64,000 nt of DNA from the human T2T-CHM13v2.0 reference genome, Homo sapiens (GCF_009914755.1 NC_060939.1); one strand, 5' to 3'; numbered from the stretch's first letter, positions 20,451 through 33,389 are shown. A program made the numbers and translations. Notes: generated from the sequence alone by a model not told the origin.

Positions 20451-20831
20451 TCTCTTCGTCTGCTCAAGCTGTCATAACAAAATACTACAGATTGGGTGGC
20501 TTAAACAGATATTTATTTTCTCACAGCTCTGGAAGCTGGGAAGTTCATGATCAAAGTGCCAGGAAATTCAGTTTCTGGCTTGCAGATGGTCGCCATCTCA
20601 CCATGGGCACACATGTCCTTTCCTTGGTGCTTATGGGTAGTGAGGGGGAGAGAGAGTGACAGCATGCACGAGCTCTGATACCTCTTCTTATAAGGATCAG
20701 CCCCCTCCGCTTGACCTTATTTAACCTTGACTACTTCCTTATAGGCTCCATCTCCAAACACAGTCACATTAAGGGGTTAGGGCTTCAACATGTGAATTTG
20801 GGGTTGATAGAAGTTTTCAGTCCCTCTGACA
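20451..20831 (-). mobile_element. MLT1A-like MaLR LTR
   Basis: cataacaaaatactacagattgggtggcttaaac...gggttagggcttcaacatgtgaatttgggg. Confidence 0.8.
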
Positions 20832-23055
20832 TTGTCAAACCAAACTGTTGTCTACAGGATTTCAACCTATGGACAGTGATTAGCAAGCATCAGCTCTGCC
20901 CTTCTTATTTGACTGTTGCGCCTCTGGGTGTGCCCACTGACTTTCCATGCCAAGGTATAACTAAATGGGAAAGTACTTCCTGTTTCAGAATCAAGATATT
21001 TAGATCCATTGGATCTACAGTAGATAGGATCTGGTGTTACCTTCTGTGGACACCACCACACCTTTCTAAGTCTGTTAGAGGCTTCTAAAACTGGTACAGA
21101 TGGAGAACTGAAGACTCCCCATTTTTTCTTTTCATTGACTTTAAACATGTTCCATTTTAAGGCCTTGTTTGAAAATATCTATTGACTGGTATATAGAAAT
21201 GTACATCTCTGTAATAATTGTGCTTTTTTGATATACAAACGCTTCACCCCCTAATAATCCTTAAGCAAACACAGGTGGGATTCCCATCACCAGCAGAGGC
21301 TGATAGCAGCTTCTTATTGGAATGGGTGAGCATTGCAAATGAGCATTGCAAAACAGCCCAGACTGGGACAGCCACATACCACTCTGTCACCAAGACATCC
21401 CTTCCAAGCACTGCCACCTCTACTACTGTGAGCTCTTTGCCTCCCTCCCATCTGCCTATAGGGCCACAAAGGAAACTCTTATCCTTCATCAAACCCAGCT
21501 CTGAACAGTGAGTTTATGTGAGATATGTTGTCCCTTTGTTTGCTCCTGACAAGCGTAAAGAAACACTTTCACTGCTGATAATAATGGTTAATTTATCACA
21601 TCCAGCCGAGGCTGACCTCTGGGCGTCCCAGCCCCTCCATCACCTTCACACCTGCTCAAGCTAATTGTTAGAGCCAAGTGTAAATGAAAATCAACTGGGC
21701 TAATAATGAATGGAGCCCATTACTTCCAAAAGCACATTGCTTTACAAAGGTTTATCAAGAAACATTATAACCAGTTCCCCCCACCCCCTGCGCCCCCCCA
21801 TCCCCCGTCACAGTTCCCTATTTTATAGATGAGAAAAAAGTGAGCAAACAAGGAGGGACCAGCCTATGAAAACAGGCACAAGCACAGAGACTGGAAACAC
21901 ATTTGACTTTGGCTTCCTGAGCTCTACAACAGCTATTCCTGTGTGTTACCAAAATTCACTCAATGTATCGAAAGAGTGAGGTTTACAATATTTATCCCAA
22001 TGTTGTTGTCATCTGTTTATATAAGTAAATGAGATCATTACTGGATGTGAAGACCTTAATTAATATGCTAATCTCATTCCTCCACCAAAACCATTTTTTA
22101 AGGTGGCCATCTTCATGTCTTCCCCAGTCACTGTCACCTCCCCTAGAACTGCCTTGCCATTCTCATCTGAAAGCACAGACCCAGTTCCCAAATCACTGAT
22201 ATGACATAACCAGAACTCCTGTTAAAGACAACTGAGTGTCTTCAAGGGGCAGCTATTAGATTGTCAGGAATTATCAGCTGTAGTTAGAAGATATAGCCCT
22301 AAGGGGGTTTGAGAAATCCCTTCCCATCACCAAATTGGGGGTTTAATGTGTCTGGGAACATTTTTAAACTTTTTTGTATTGTAATATATTTGTTCATTTT
22401 TAATTTATTTACAGTACAAGCAGTTCACATCCCCATCTCAAGCCATAAATCAAAAAGATTATTGATCTCCCAGCACATTCACTGATAAAAGGAAATACCA
22501 GCAACTCCATGCATCTGAGCATACAACTTATATGGACTTCTAGCAAGTGATCCCCTGGACTTAAAAACATGTAAGACCTCCAGATCACCAGTTTGAACTT
22601 AATTTGGACCAAATATTGAGTCATTCTGTGTTAGATTTGAATCAATTGTTCATAGGATGCAAATAACCAGTTTACAATATGAACAAGTGCGACTGATTAC
22701 CCCAAATTTTGACTTCCTTGCCTAACTATCCAGAAAATTACTCTCAAACCCAGTAGAGGATTCCATAGCCTTGCACTGACAAGGCCTTTATTAACTACCT
22801 TAATCTGGGCATCTTACTTACCCAGGTTTTCTAATACTTCCTAGAGAGACATACTAATCAGTGACTTCTGCAGTATCTGCCTAATAGCCTTAGATTTTGA
22901 GGGCACCAATAAAAACATATGCTGCACAGCATCTGCTTGTAAGGTGGAAAGGCCAGTTAGGTGAGCACAAAGCCTCTGAATAGCAGTATCAACTTGCTTC
23001 AGAGGAACAAGATATGAATTAGTATTCTACAAGAAAAGAGGATAGGATCTATGGT

Positions 23056-23435
23056 TGTAGTAGTCCGTTTTCATACTGCTGTAAAGAACTTCCCAAAGAT
23101 TGAGTAATTTATAAAGGAGAGGTTTAATTGACTCACAGTTCAGCAGGGCTGGGGAGGCCTCAGGAAACTTACAATCATGGAGTGACGCAAAGGAGAAGCA
23201 AAGCACCTTCTTCAAAAGGTGGCAAGAAGAAGTGCCGAGGGACGAAGGGAAGAGCTCCTTATAAAACCATGAGATCTCGTGAGAACTCACTGTCACGAGA
23301 ACAGCATGGGGAAACTGGCCCCATGATTCAATTACCTACACCTGGTCTCTCCCTTGACACGTGGGGATTATGGGGGTTGTGGGTATTACAACTCAAGATG
23401 TGATTTGGGTGTGGACACAAAGCCTAACCATATCA
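23056..23435 (-). mobile_element. THE1 (THE1D-like) MaLR solo LTR
   Basis: Complete element with 5-bp TSD ATGGT at 23051-23055 and 23436-23440; gactcacagttc...ggaaacttacaatcatgg...aaccatatca. Confidence 0.92.
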
Positions 23436-23780
23436 ATGGTCAAATAAGAATGGAAAAAATATTGGGTTTAATTACATTCAATAGACTCCTTTCTTTCAAG
23501 GCAGGGATTCTCAGAAGTAATACATATGTCAGCCTACTTTTCATTGACATGAATATAAAATCCTCATTTCACAGAACACCTGTGAATATATTGAATAACA
23601 TTAGTATTCAACAGAACAGGATCAGGAAACTTCCTCTAGAAGGCGCTTTCCAAATAAAGACCAAATACACTGCTGCAGGAGGGAAGAATAAATTCATTTA
23701 CATATATGTCTGTGGTAAGGGATAAAATCTTAAATTTTTGCTGGCTTCACTTATATGAAATAATTCAGTGATTTGGGATT

Positions 23781-24215
23781 TTGTGTTAGTTAGCTCTTGT
23801 TGCAATAAGTCTACATAACAAACAATTTCCATATCTCAGACATTTATAACATTAACTTCTCATTCACAGGTCTGAATCCTGGCTGGGACAGTTTGGCTTT
23901 AAGTAGTACATCAAATTCAGGTGTGTTCCATGTGTTTTTCATTCAGGAATCCAGGCAAAAAAGCTGTGGCTACCTCAGTGTGCTTTTCTCGTGGTGTAGA
24001 ACAGGTGCACAAAATTGCTGGCAAACATTTACCAAACCTCTTAAGCCTCAGCCTAGAACTGATCACCTATCACTTTACCACATTCCATTGGTCAAAGAAA
24101 GTCATATGGCCACACCCAAAACTAGTGGGGCAGGGTGGTATATTCTACCCACAGAGAAGACAGGCAAGGGCAGGGAGAGAAGGAAGAATGGTAAGTAACT
24201 AATAATATTCACTAC
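23781..24215 (-). mobile_element. Old MLT1 (J/K-like) LTR
   Basis: cacattccattggtcaaagaaagtcatatggccacacccaaa. Confidence 0.65.
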
Positions 24216-24513
24216 ATTGACCATAAATTCAAGATTTAACCATGTGTGGGAATTCAATCATATTTTTATTTCCTTTAAACACAAATGTCCTGGTCAATAA
24301 TTCAAACGTGCACATTATTAGACTTAATAATAGGAATATAGAGCCCACTTCTTTTCTTTCTTCTTGTTCTTCCTTGCTTTGGAAAAGTCAGCATTCAATG
24401 TGTATGTGTGCCAATCCAGGGAAGTCAGAAGACTATGGCATCTTCCATCCAGATTCCTGGGTGGATGTCCTGAACACCAACACCATAGTCAAATGTTTAT
24501 TTAAGAACACTAG

Positions 24514-24999
24514 TGTATGCTTCTTTAATACAGTGTAACAAGTTACCACAAATTTAGCATCTTAGAACAATACACATTTATTGTCTCATGGTTTCTGTGA
24601 GTCAGGAATCCAGACACAGCTTTGGCTGAGTCCTGTGCAAGGCTGCAGTCAAGGTCAGCCAGGACTGACTTCTCATCTGAAAGCTCATGTGGAGAAAGAT
24701 TCACTTTCAGGCTCACTGGGGTGTTGGCAAAATTCATCTTCTTGCAGGCATAGGACTCACGGCATCTTGTGTCTCCAAAGCCAGAAAGGAGAGAAAAACT
24801 GTAGAGCAATTCTGCTAGCAAGGCAGAGTCTTCTAAAATGAAATATAATCACAAGAGTAGTATTGCATCACCGTCTCCATACTCTGTGGCCTAGAAATAA
24901 GTCAGGGGTCCTGCCCACACCCAAGGGGAGTGAATATACAAAAGCATAAACACCAAGGGGCAGGAATCATGGAGACCACCTTAAAGTTTGTCCACCACA
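24514..24999 (-). mobile_element. MLT1F-like MaLR solo LTR
   Basis: TG...CA with 5-bp TSD ACTAG at 24509-24513 and 25000-25004; gtaacaagttaccacaaatttagc...ggcaggaatcatggagaccaccttaaag. Confidence 0.82.
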
Positions 25000-25032
25000 A
25001 CTAGAAACCTAAAAAATATGTTTATGTCTATT

Positions 25033-25235
25033 AAGAACACATGGGCACAGGGAGGGGCACATCACACACCAGGGCCTGTCAGGGGGTGGGGGGGCAAGGG
25101 GTGGGATAGCATTAGGAGAAGTACCTAACATAGATGACACATTGATAGGTGCAGCAAACCACCATGGCACATGTATACCTATGTAACAAACCTGCACATT
25201 CTCCACATGTATCCCAGAACTTAAAGTAAAATTTA
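25033..25235 (+). mobile_element. 5'-truncated L1PA (PA7-PA10-like) 3' end
   Basis: gaacacatgggcacagggagggg...gcagcaaaccaccatggcacatgtatacc...cagaacttaaagtaaaa. Confidence 0.9.
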
Positions 25236-26799
25236 TATATATATATCCTGCTTTTCCCAAATTTTACCAGTGGAGAATCACTCTCCATCATGTTCTAGAA
25301 TTGCATTCACACTTAGGAGAACTCGCATTCACTGGCTAATTCTATATTGCGTGCTATTTTAAGATCTTTTCAGGAAGGAAACTTCTGCCATCAGTTGGCC
25401 AATGCTGTTCCATCAGTGAGTATTCAGTGTCACTAACCAACAGAATGACCAAGAAATCATTCCAGTCAGAAAAGGCCCAAGTACCAACGATTGGACAGTC
25501 GTGATTTATATTTGTGCCTGATATGACCAACATAAGTCACACTGGTTATGCATGGAAATGCAACCATCAGCTGACAAGAACTGAAACTTATGACTCATGC
25601 TGTGTCAACTCTGAGCCAAAGCAGTCAGTCAACTCAAAGGGAGTAAACATCAGTCAAACAGATGATTTGGCAGCCTAACTATTTAACAACTGATGATGAC
25701 TGGAATTTTCACTTTTCCATCAGTCACATAGACTTGTCTCAGGAAGAGAAATAACTGAAGTTTAGAGTAGTTTTCTTTTGATTTTTCATAAAAGTCATTC
25801 ATCCCAAAACATTTGCTGAATGCCTGCTGTGTTCTAGGTACTCTATTTAGTGCTTGGAATATAGAGATGAAAGACTGAAGTAGTGTTAGAAATGAAAAAT
25901 CATTGTTAAATTCTTTCTCTTCTAATACGATTATCTATGCTGCTAAGCAATTTTCTCAGTGATCATCAGCCATCAGCCATCAAAACCCGGGACCTTCCCC
26001 ACAGCTCCTCTTTTAACCCTAATATTTAACCAAAAATTGCTCTGCTGCGGCAAAACCTCAATACGTATACACTGCCTTGGTTCCAAAGAGTAATTGGAAT
26101 GGGCTTACTACTTTCTAGTGGATTTATAGAAAAAGCCATCTGATAAAAATATATTTACTATGATGCCCATTATAACATCTGAGGTTAAGAATACTTTGTA
26201 TTCTACAAACATTTGAAAGCCAGAGGTCACGTAAAACAAATGCAGGTTTAATACAAATGCACAAAATTACACATAAACAGAGAACGCTACAGAGAGAGAG
26301 ATAACCTTGGATAACTTGGCTCTTTCCTTCCCTATTCTCTTTCTGGAGGTAATCGTATACATTCCCATGGCTTTTATACACTAAAGCTTTTAGACAGCAA
26401 GTAGATGACAAACTCACTTTAATAATCAGTTATCATAAGCTTGGTATTGGGGTTAAAAATAAACTCTTGACAAAGGACTCCTTTATTCTTAAATCCCTTT
26501 TATTGTCAAGGACTCCTTTATTCTAATGCAGTGGCTCCTGAAAAACTTTCCTTTCCAAGGATACTTTTCCAAACACAATCAATAATCTACAATCAACTTT
26601 GTAATCTCTTTAGAAGCCAGGACCTTCTCAGCTTTGGAGTTTTGATGATAAAATGCATAGCTGGATTTCTACAAGCCCAAGATCTAAAAACTGTATTTGT
26701 TGGTTATTAATCAGATTATTAATAATCTGGTGTTTGAGACATACTGTGAAGTCAACAGTTATAAAAATTATTAATTTTAGAAATTCAGAGTTATAATGG

Positions 26800-27063
26800 G
26801 TCTAAAAATATAGTTAGAATGAATGAATAAGGCCTAGCATTTGATAGCATAAAAGGGTGACTGTAGTCAATAATAATTCAATTGTATATTTTAAAATAAC
26901 TGGAAGAATATAGCTGGATTGTTTGTAACACAAAGGATAAATGCTTGACAGGATGGATACTTCATCTTCCGTGATGTGATTATTACATGCTGCAGAACAT
27001 CTCATGTAACCCATTAATATATACGCCTATTATGTACCCACAAAAATTAAAAATTAAAAAAAG
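26800..27063 (+). mobile_element. L1MA 3' end fragment
   Basis: ggattgtttgtaacacaaaggataaatgcttga...tatgtacccacaaaaattaaaaatt. Confidence 0.85.
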
Positions 27064-27084
27064 AAATGCAGAGTTAAAATGAAG

Positions 27085-27407
27085 TTTTGTTTTGTTTTGT
27101 TTTGGCTGAGACAGAATCTCGCTCTGTTGTCCAGGCTGGAGTGCAGTGGCGTGATCTTGGCTCACTGCAACCTCCGCCTCCCTGCAACCTCCACCTCCTG
27201 GGCTCAAGTGATTCTCCTGCCTCAGCCTCCCCAGTAACTGGGATTACAGGCGCACATCACCATGCCCGGCTAATTTTTGTATTTGTAGTAGAGATGGAGT
27301 TTCACCAGGTTGGCCAGGCTGGTCTCGAACTCCTGACCTCAAGTGATCTTCCAGCCTTGGCCTCCCAAAGTGCTGGGATTACAGGCATAGAGCCACTGCG
27401 CCTGGCC
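27085..27407 (-). mobile_element. Alu (AluS) with 17-bp internal tandem duplication
   Basis: ctgcaacctcc(g/a)cctcc repeated at 27165-27181 and 27182-27198. Confidence 0.96.
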
Positions 27408-27821
27408 TGAAATGAGTTGTAGCCTGAAAACCAGATGTGTTTCACATCTGGTCTATCCCCTCTCCAGAGCTCAATTCTCCACAGCAACATCTGTAGCAGG
27501 TAGTTTGTCCAGCTCTTACTCAAACAGCCCCAGCCAAATCGCCCCAGCTTTCCAGTGGGGAGCTCACACCTTCCGAGAGTTTATTTCATCTTCTCACATC
27601 ACCTTAGCATATATTCCTTATTTTACTCAGTGTTTTTGTCATATAGCTTTAATCCACGATCTTGGCTATACCCCTTGGAAAAAAAATCTTTGAAAAAAAC
27701 ATTAGTTTTTTTACATTGTATGTAATGCCTTCATACAATGGTTCTCCAAATATTGGAAATCCCCTGCCATGTCCTGAATACTCTCTTCCAAAAATGCCTT
27801 GAGTCATTCCTCGTTGAACAT

Positions 27822-28556
27822 TGTAAAATCAAATTTAGCCCAAAGCTGCCTTCTTACGAATTTTAAGTTCAGCCTAAAGGTTTCTCTGTTACATAGTGAA
27901 CTATAACCTAAATGGAGGTGTAAACAGACTGTAACCTACTCTTGTGCAATCACCACGTTTAAGCCAATCAGGGAGGCCAACTGTTCATAAAAGCAAACTC
28001 CGAGCTGTCAGCAATCTAGCTATTTCTCTACCTCACTTCCATTTTCTGTACATCACTTTTCTTTCTTCCTTTTTCCTTTTTGTTTTTGTTTTTTTTGTTT
28101 GTTTGTTTTTTTTTTGAGACACTTTTGTTCTGTCACCCAGGCTGGAGTGCAGTGGTGCGATCTCGGCTTATTGCAACCTCTACCTCCTGGGTCAAGCGAT
28201 TCCCCTGCCTCAGCCTCCCTGAGTACCTGAGTAGCTGTGACTACAGGTGTATGCCACCACGCCTGGCTAATTTTTTGTATTTTAGTAGAGATGGGATTTT
28301 ACCATGTTGCCCAGGCTGGTCTCGAGCTCCCTAGCTCAGGCAGTCCACCCACCTCAGCCTCCCAAAGTGTTAGGATTACAGACATGAGCCACCACCCCTA
28401 GCCTTTCTTTTCCTGTCTATAAATCTTCTTCCACAACATGGTTGTGCCAGAGTCTCTTAGCCTACTCTGGCTAGGAGGCTGCCTGATTCACGAATCGTTC
28501 TTTGCTCAATTAAACTCTGTTAAATTTAATTTGACTAAGGTTTTTCTTTTTTAACA
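27822..28556 (+). mobile_element. MER57A-like (ERV1) solo LTR, interrupted by an Alu
   Basis: TG...CA with TSD ACAT at 27818-27821 and 28557-28560; tttaagttcagcctaaaggtttctctg...gaatcgttctttgctcaattaaactctg. Confidence 0.85.
28060..28403 (-). mobile_element. Alu (AluS) inside MER57A
   Basis: T-rich tail followed by the Alu body ending ...gagccaccacccctagcc. Confidence 0.95.
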
Positions 28557-29049
28557 ACATGATTTTGGTTTTACTACCATCCTGGTTTCTAATCTCGTAT
28601 CTATAGATTTTATCCATGATTTTGTAACACAATCATTCTTTTGATCAACAAAGGGTAAATTACTACAGCAACTGCACCTACAATTAAGGATAACTTACTT
28701 TCTGCATTATTTTATGCCATACTCTGAAAAGCAATACAAAGTTCCCAGGTAGAATACATTGCTCTGGAAATGTAATCAATCACAGGATCCATGGTGGATT
28801 AAAGGCTGAGAACCATTGCTTTAAATAATCCCCAGTTTGTTTATATTCTTTGAAAAGTGTAGTAGCCAGAATTGAATGCAAAAACCAAGAGGTGGGTTAG
28901 CAAAGGCAATCCAGACTTGTTCACTAAATCAAAACTTTCTTCTCTTCCCACTCCTACCTCCCCTTCAGGGTTCAGCTAAAGCTTTGCCTCATACATGAAA
29001 CCCTTCAACTGGAAGAACAAAATTTTTAATTCCCAAAGTGCTCCCATTG

Positions 29050-29170
29050 GACACAGACCTAGGCTGGACTCTTGAGATCCTCCACTCCCAGCCATGTGTC
29101 CTTGGGCAGCCTTCCTGATCCTCCCTGAACTCAACTTCCTGAGGTGTAAAATAGGGGTTGTTTCACCTCA
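29050..29170 (+). mobile_element. MIR fragment
   Basis: gccatgtgtccttgggcagc...ctccctgaactcaacttcct..tgtaaaataggg. Confidence 0.55.
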
Positions 29171-31129
29171 CCAGATAGCTTGGAATTTCTAGCACCATAC
29201 TTTGTGATGTTATTTCATTGCCTTTCTTCTATTCCACTCTAAACTGTGCTCAGAACATTGAGCTGCTAAGCTTCAAATACAGGGCATACCCGCATACCCA
29301 GAATTATCATACCAGGAAAGAAGATAGAGTGCTAAGAAATTGAAATTAATAAAAGTCAACACAGAATTATTGCACTGGCCATCAATGGAAATCATCCTAG
29401 AATGCTACCCACAATTAGAGATGACTTGTAACATAAGACTAAGGTGCCACCCAAAAATGTTCTCTGCAATGGGTCAATCTAAACAAGAACTCTTGCCAGA
29501 TGATCTATAAACTAACCACAACAAGTTGCCTTACATACATGTAACAACACTTCTGCTAATCTGCACAAGTCTAGAAAAAGAGGAATTTACAGTAATTTGA
29601 TTGTCCACAAGACTGTTACTCTAGGTCTAGGTAATCAGTGCTGACTCCTACCACAGACACTAAAGAAGAGTGATTCATCAAGTTATCACTCAAGAATATT
29701 AAACTCCTCCACTGAACTATGGGACTCACTGGGAACCTTCGAACCTGTGACATAATCTCCTGAGTGAACAAACATACAGAAGAGTGTGTCTGGTGTGGAG
29801 AATTGACACCAGTCACATTCTCCCATTGCCAATTAATACATCATCACTCCAGCTTATGCACTGGTCCCTCGTGGGATTTCTGCATGTCAATTGATTTCTC
29901 AGCCTAATCCCCCCTGGGGAAATAAACTGAGTTCTCTTCTTAAGCTGAGCAATACAAGCTGCACTATGAAGAAGATTCTCATGCTGACTCTAACATGGCC
30001 TCGTTCCTCTAACAGCAACACATAGATATTGGTGCCTCATCAAACATGTGGGGGTTGGGGACTCTACAGCCCCTTTTCCCTCATAAGATCCTCCTCTGCC
30101 CAACTTTCCAGCTCTGCTCCCTCCAAGAAAGAAGGAGTTGCAGCTCTGGTCAGATTGAAAGACATTCATAAGGCCACAAACAGGAAAGGACAGGATAGCT
30201 GTTGTTAGAGGCCCAGTCAATGCTCCCTTTCCTCCATGATCTGGGTCTCAGCTATGGCCTTCTCCTCTTCACCTCTTCTGAGATAGGAATATAGCTGGGA
30301 CTACAGACCCAGTTGCCTTCCTCTCTTTTCCCACAGGCTCAGCTGAACATACTATTTTCAATATTCAATTTGGTGGTAGGATAGAGGGTTTTCAGTGGAA
30401 TAAGATGTACCATTGGACCCCAAGCCTAAGCCACATTCTTCTTTCTAATTTTTGCCATAGAGCTCTAGCAAAAGCCCCACCCACTTAAGCCCTACAAATG
30501 CCAACTGGTTTTCTTTATTAGTCTAATTTTCTCAAATAGAATGCAAGCACCCTGAAAGTATGATTGATATTCTAGATTCTTCCTGTACCATTTTCTCCCC
30601 TAGCACCTAGTACTAAATATTTGCAAAGTGAGGTTATTTGCCTTTCACTTGGTGTATGGATTTACTATTTACATCCTGAGCCTCTGAGCTTTTCTTATTA
30701 ACCCAAACCAATCAACATAGTTCTATTCTTTGTGCCGACACAATTATAAATATTAAGATGTTCTAAGATTTTCTTAAAATCAAAATAAATGGGAAATTTA
30801 AATTTCTGGAGAAAGGGCATAGCTCCCCTAAAATTTATTTGAAAATTCTAGTCTGAAAAACATTGACTACTACACAGAGTGACTCGCAGAGACAATGAAT
30901 AGTACAGACAATGGAAAAGGGGTGTCAGGTATTCACATGCTCAAAACACACGCACTATTTGTCCTTCAAGGACCAAAGTGTGTTAACTTTAATGATGTAG
31001 AGATAGCCAGATTGGGGAGGGGGTCAGAAGGAGAAAGAAAGGAGCCCTGAGTCAGACTTCTTGCCGTAGCTTCCTGAAGCTTCCTAGTTCTCACCTCAGT
31101 CACTAGCCTTGCCTCCCTGATGCAGCAGA

Positions 31130-31330
31130 GAGTGTGGGTGAGAGAGCAGGTGCTGCAGCGTGGCTTTCTGTGTTCGAATCCCAGCCCTGCCACTGCCAGC
31201 TGTGGCTTTGGGAAACTTACTTGGCATCTTCAAGCCTCCCTTTCCTCATCTGCAGTATGAGGATTGCAACATTTTGTCTATGTATGTGAGTAGCCATGCC
31301 TGGCACCTACTTAGCACACAGCAAATCATC
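31130..31330 (+). mobile_element. MIR
   Basis: gttcgaatcccagccctgccactgccagctgtggctttgggaaacttactt...cctcatctgcag. Confidence 0.7.
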
Positions 31331-31900
31331 CTGGGTTCTTGACTCTTGCTTCCCATCCTGTTCTTGAGCCATTCTTCAGTCTTCCCTCCCAGCCAAAAGG
31401 GAAGAGGATTCATCGTCTTACTTGGGCTGATCCTCCCATCTCTGCCCTGGACTATGCCACTCCTGCCTTGCCTTGGAGACTTGCTCAGCTGAATGCAGCC
31501 TCCCTTTCTAGTGGACACACCCAATCAGCATCCTAATGCCCTCTTAAACCTTAAAACCTCCTCCCTCAACCCCAAGTCCCTACCAACTACTTCCCTACAT
31601 CCATCCTCTTCTTCAGAAAAAGTCACCTATTTTTCAAAGGCCAGCTCCTAAAAGGTGATCTGTAACTCTTACCCTTTCATTCACTTCATGACCCCTGCAG
31701 TTGAGAGTCTGACCACACCCCAACAAGGCTGATAATGCTTCCTCCATGCTAAATCCAATAGACATGCATCACTGAAACTTATATGCTTAGCAGCAACATT
31801 AGACCACATTGTGCTCTCTTTCCTTCTTGAAATGTTCTGCTCCCTAGGGTTTCAGGACACCACATTCCCCTTATTTTTCTCCTGCCTCTTTGGCGAGTCT

Positions 31901-32206
31901 TTTTTAGGTTGTTTGTGTGTTTTTTTGAGACAGAGTCTCTCTCTGTCGCCCAGAGTGAAATATAATGGGGTGATCTCAGCTCACTGCAACTCTGCCTCTC
32001 AGGTTCAAGAGATCCTCCTGCCTCAGCCTCCTGAGTAGCTGGTATTATAGGCCTGTGCCACCATGCCTGGCTAATTTTTGTGTTTTTAGTAGAGACGGGG
32101 TTTCACCATGTTGTCCAGGCTAGTCTTGAACTCCTAGACTCAAGTTATCCACCCACCACAGCCTCCCAAAATGCTGGGATTACAGGCGTGAACCACCATC
32201 CCGGGC
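31901..32206 (-). mobile_element. Alu (AluS/J)
   Basis: gagacagagtctctctctgtcgcccag...gggattacaggcgtgaaccacc. Confidence 0.95.
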
Positions 32207-32734
32207 TCTTAGTCTTTTTTGAGAATGCCTTCTTTCTGCTGGTCATCCAAATATTGGTATTTTTCAGGGCTCAAATTTTGGCCATCATCTCTTCTATCAC
32301 TTTACATGCTGCCTTCACTCTCCTGGATGCTGATGATTCCAGCCCAGGTTTCTCTCCCGAACTCGAGACCACCAGCACCCCACCCCGCTCTAGCCAAATG
32401 CCTACTATATATCTCCATTCAAACTTCCTATAAACATCTCAATTCAATAACACAAAACTAAATGCGTAAGAGCCCTCCTCAAATCTGGTACTCCCGCTGT
32501 CTTCCCTATGCTCACATCTGGTAAAACAAAAGTGTGTGTTTTTGCACAAAATTGAATAATATGGACTTTTGAACCCTAAGCACACACAAATATACATTCA
32601 TCAAAGTCTTTGGCAGACTTAATCAAAAGTATTTGAAGTGTTTTTTCAAGAGCCTAGGGAAGGAAAAAAAATCTCTTTCTCCCTTTCCCTTTGCCCAAAA
32701 GCAGGCTTTCAGCTCCTTGTCAGTGAGACTCACC

Positions 32735-33027
32735 TTTTTTTTTTGTTTTTGGTTTTGTTTTTGGTTTTTTGAGACAGGGTCTCCCTCGCCCAGGCTGGAG
32801 TGCTCACTGTACCTTGACCTCCCAGACTCAGGTGATTCTCCCACCTCAGCCTCCTGAGTACGAGGACTACAACCGCATGCCACCATACCCAGCTAAACTT
32901 TTTTTAATTATTTGTAGAGATAAGGTCTCACTATGTTGCCGAGGCTGGCCTCGAACTCTTAGACTCAAACAATTCTTTTGCCTCAGCCTCCCAAAGTGCT
33001 AGGATTACAGGTGTGAGCCACCATATA
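32735..33027 (-). mobile_element. Alu (AluJ-like) with internal deletion
   Basis: gagacagggtctc...; TSD-like gagac(t/c)cac at 32725 and 33028. Confidence 0.92.
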
Positions 33028-33389
33028 GAGACCCACTTTTTCATCATGGCTAACTCAAAGCTCATCCCCTCATATCACGTCTTCCCAGAAGCTTTCCTCA
33101 TATTACTTCTTCCCAGAAGCCTTCCCTAAGTCCTTGAAAGCAAGTTAAATGTCTCTTCTCCGTGCCCTCAAAGTTTCCTGTTTCAACCCTTACACTGAAT
33201 ACTTAATACCACCACCATCAGGGCTGGGTTAAAAGCAGGGCTTTCTCCTCCACCAGGATCTGAGCTCCTTAGAACTCTGCTTTAGTTATCTTGGTAACTT
33301 CAGTATATGACACAAAATAAATGCTCAATAATGTTGGTGGAATGAAAATGGCAAATATTGCTGATACACATCAACTAGGTGGGAGAGTA

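Larger units (their letters stand above)
27736..28818. mobile_element. hAT-Charlie-type non-autonomous DNA transposon hosting an LTR and an Alu
   Basis: Perfect 11-bp terminal inverted repeats caatggttctc (27736-27746) and gagaaccattg (28808-28818); TSD not preserved. Confidence 0.5.
31600..33346 (+). mobile_element. L2 remnants (RT region to 3' end), split by two Alus
   Basis: gcttagcagcaacattagaccac (AAFD-like region), ctccctagggtttcaggacacc, 3' end aaatgctcaataatgttggtggaatgaa. Confidence 0.7.
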
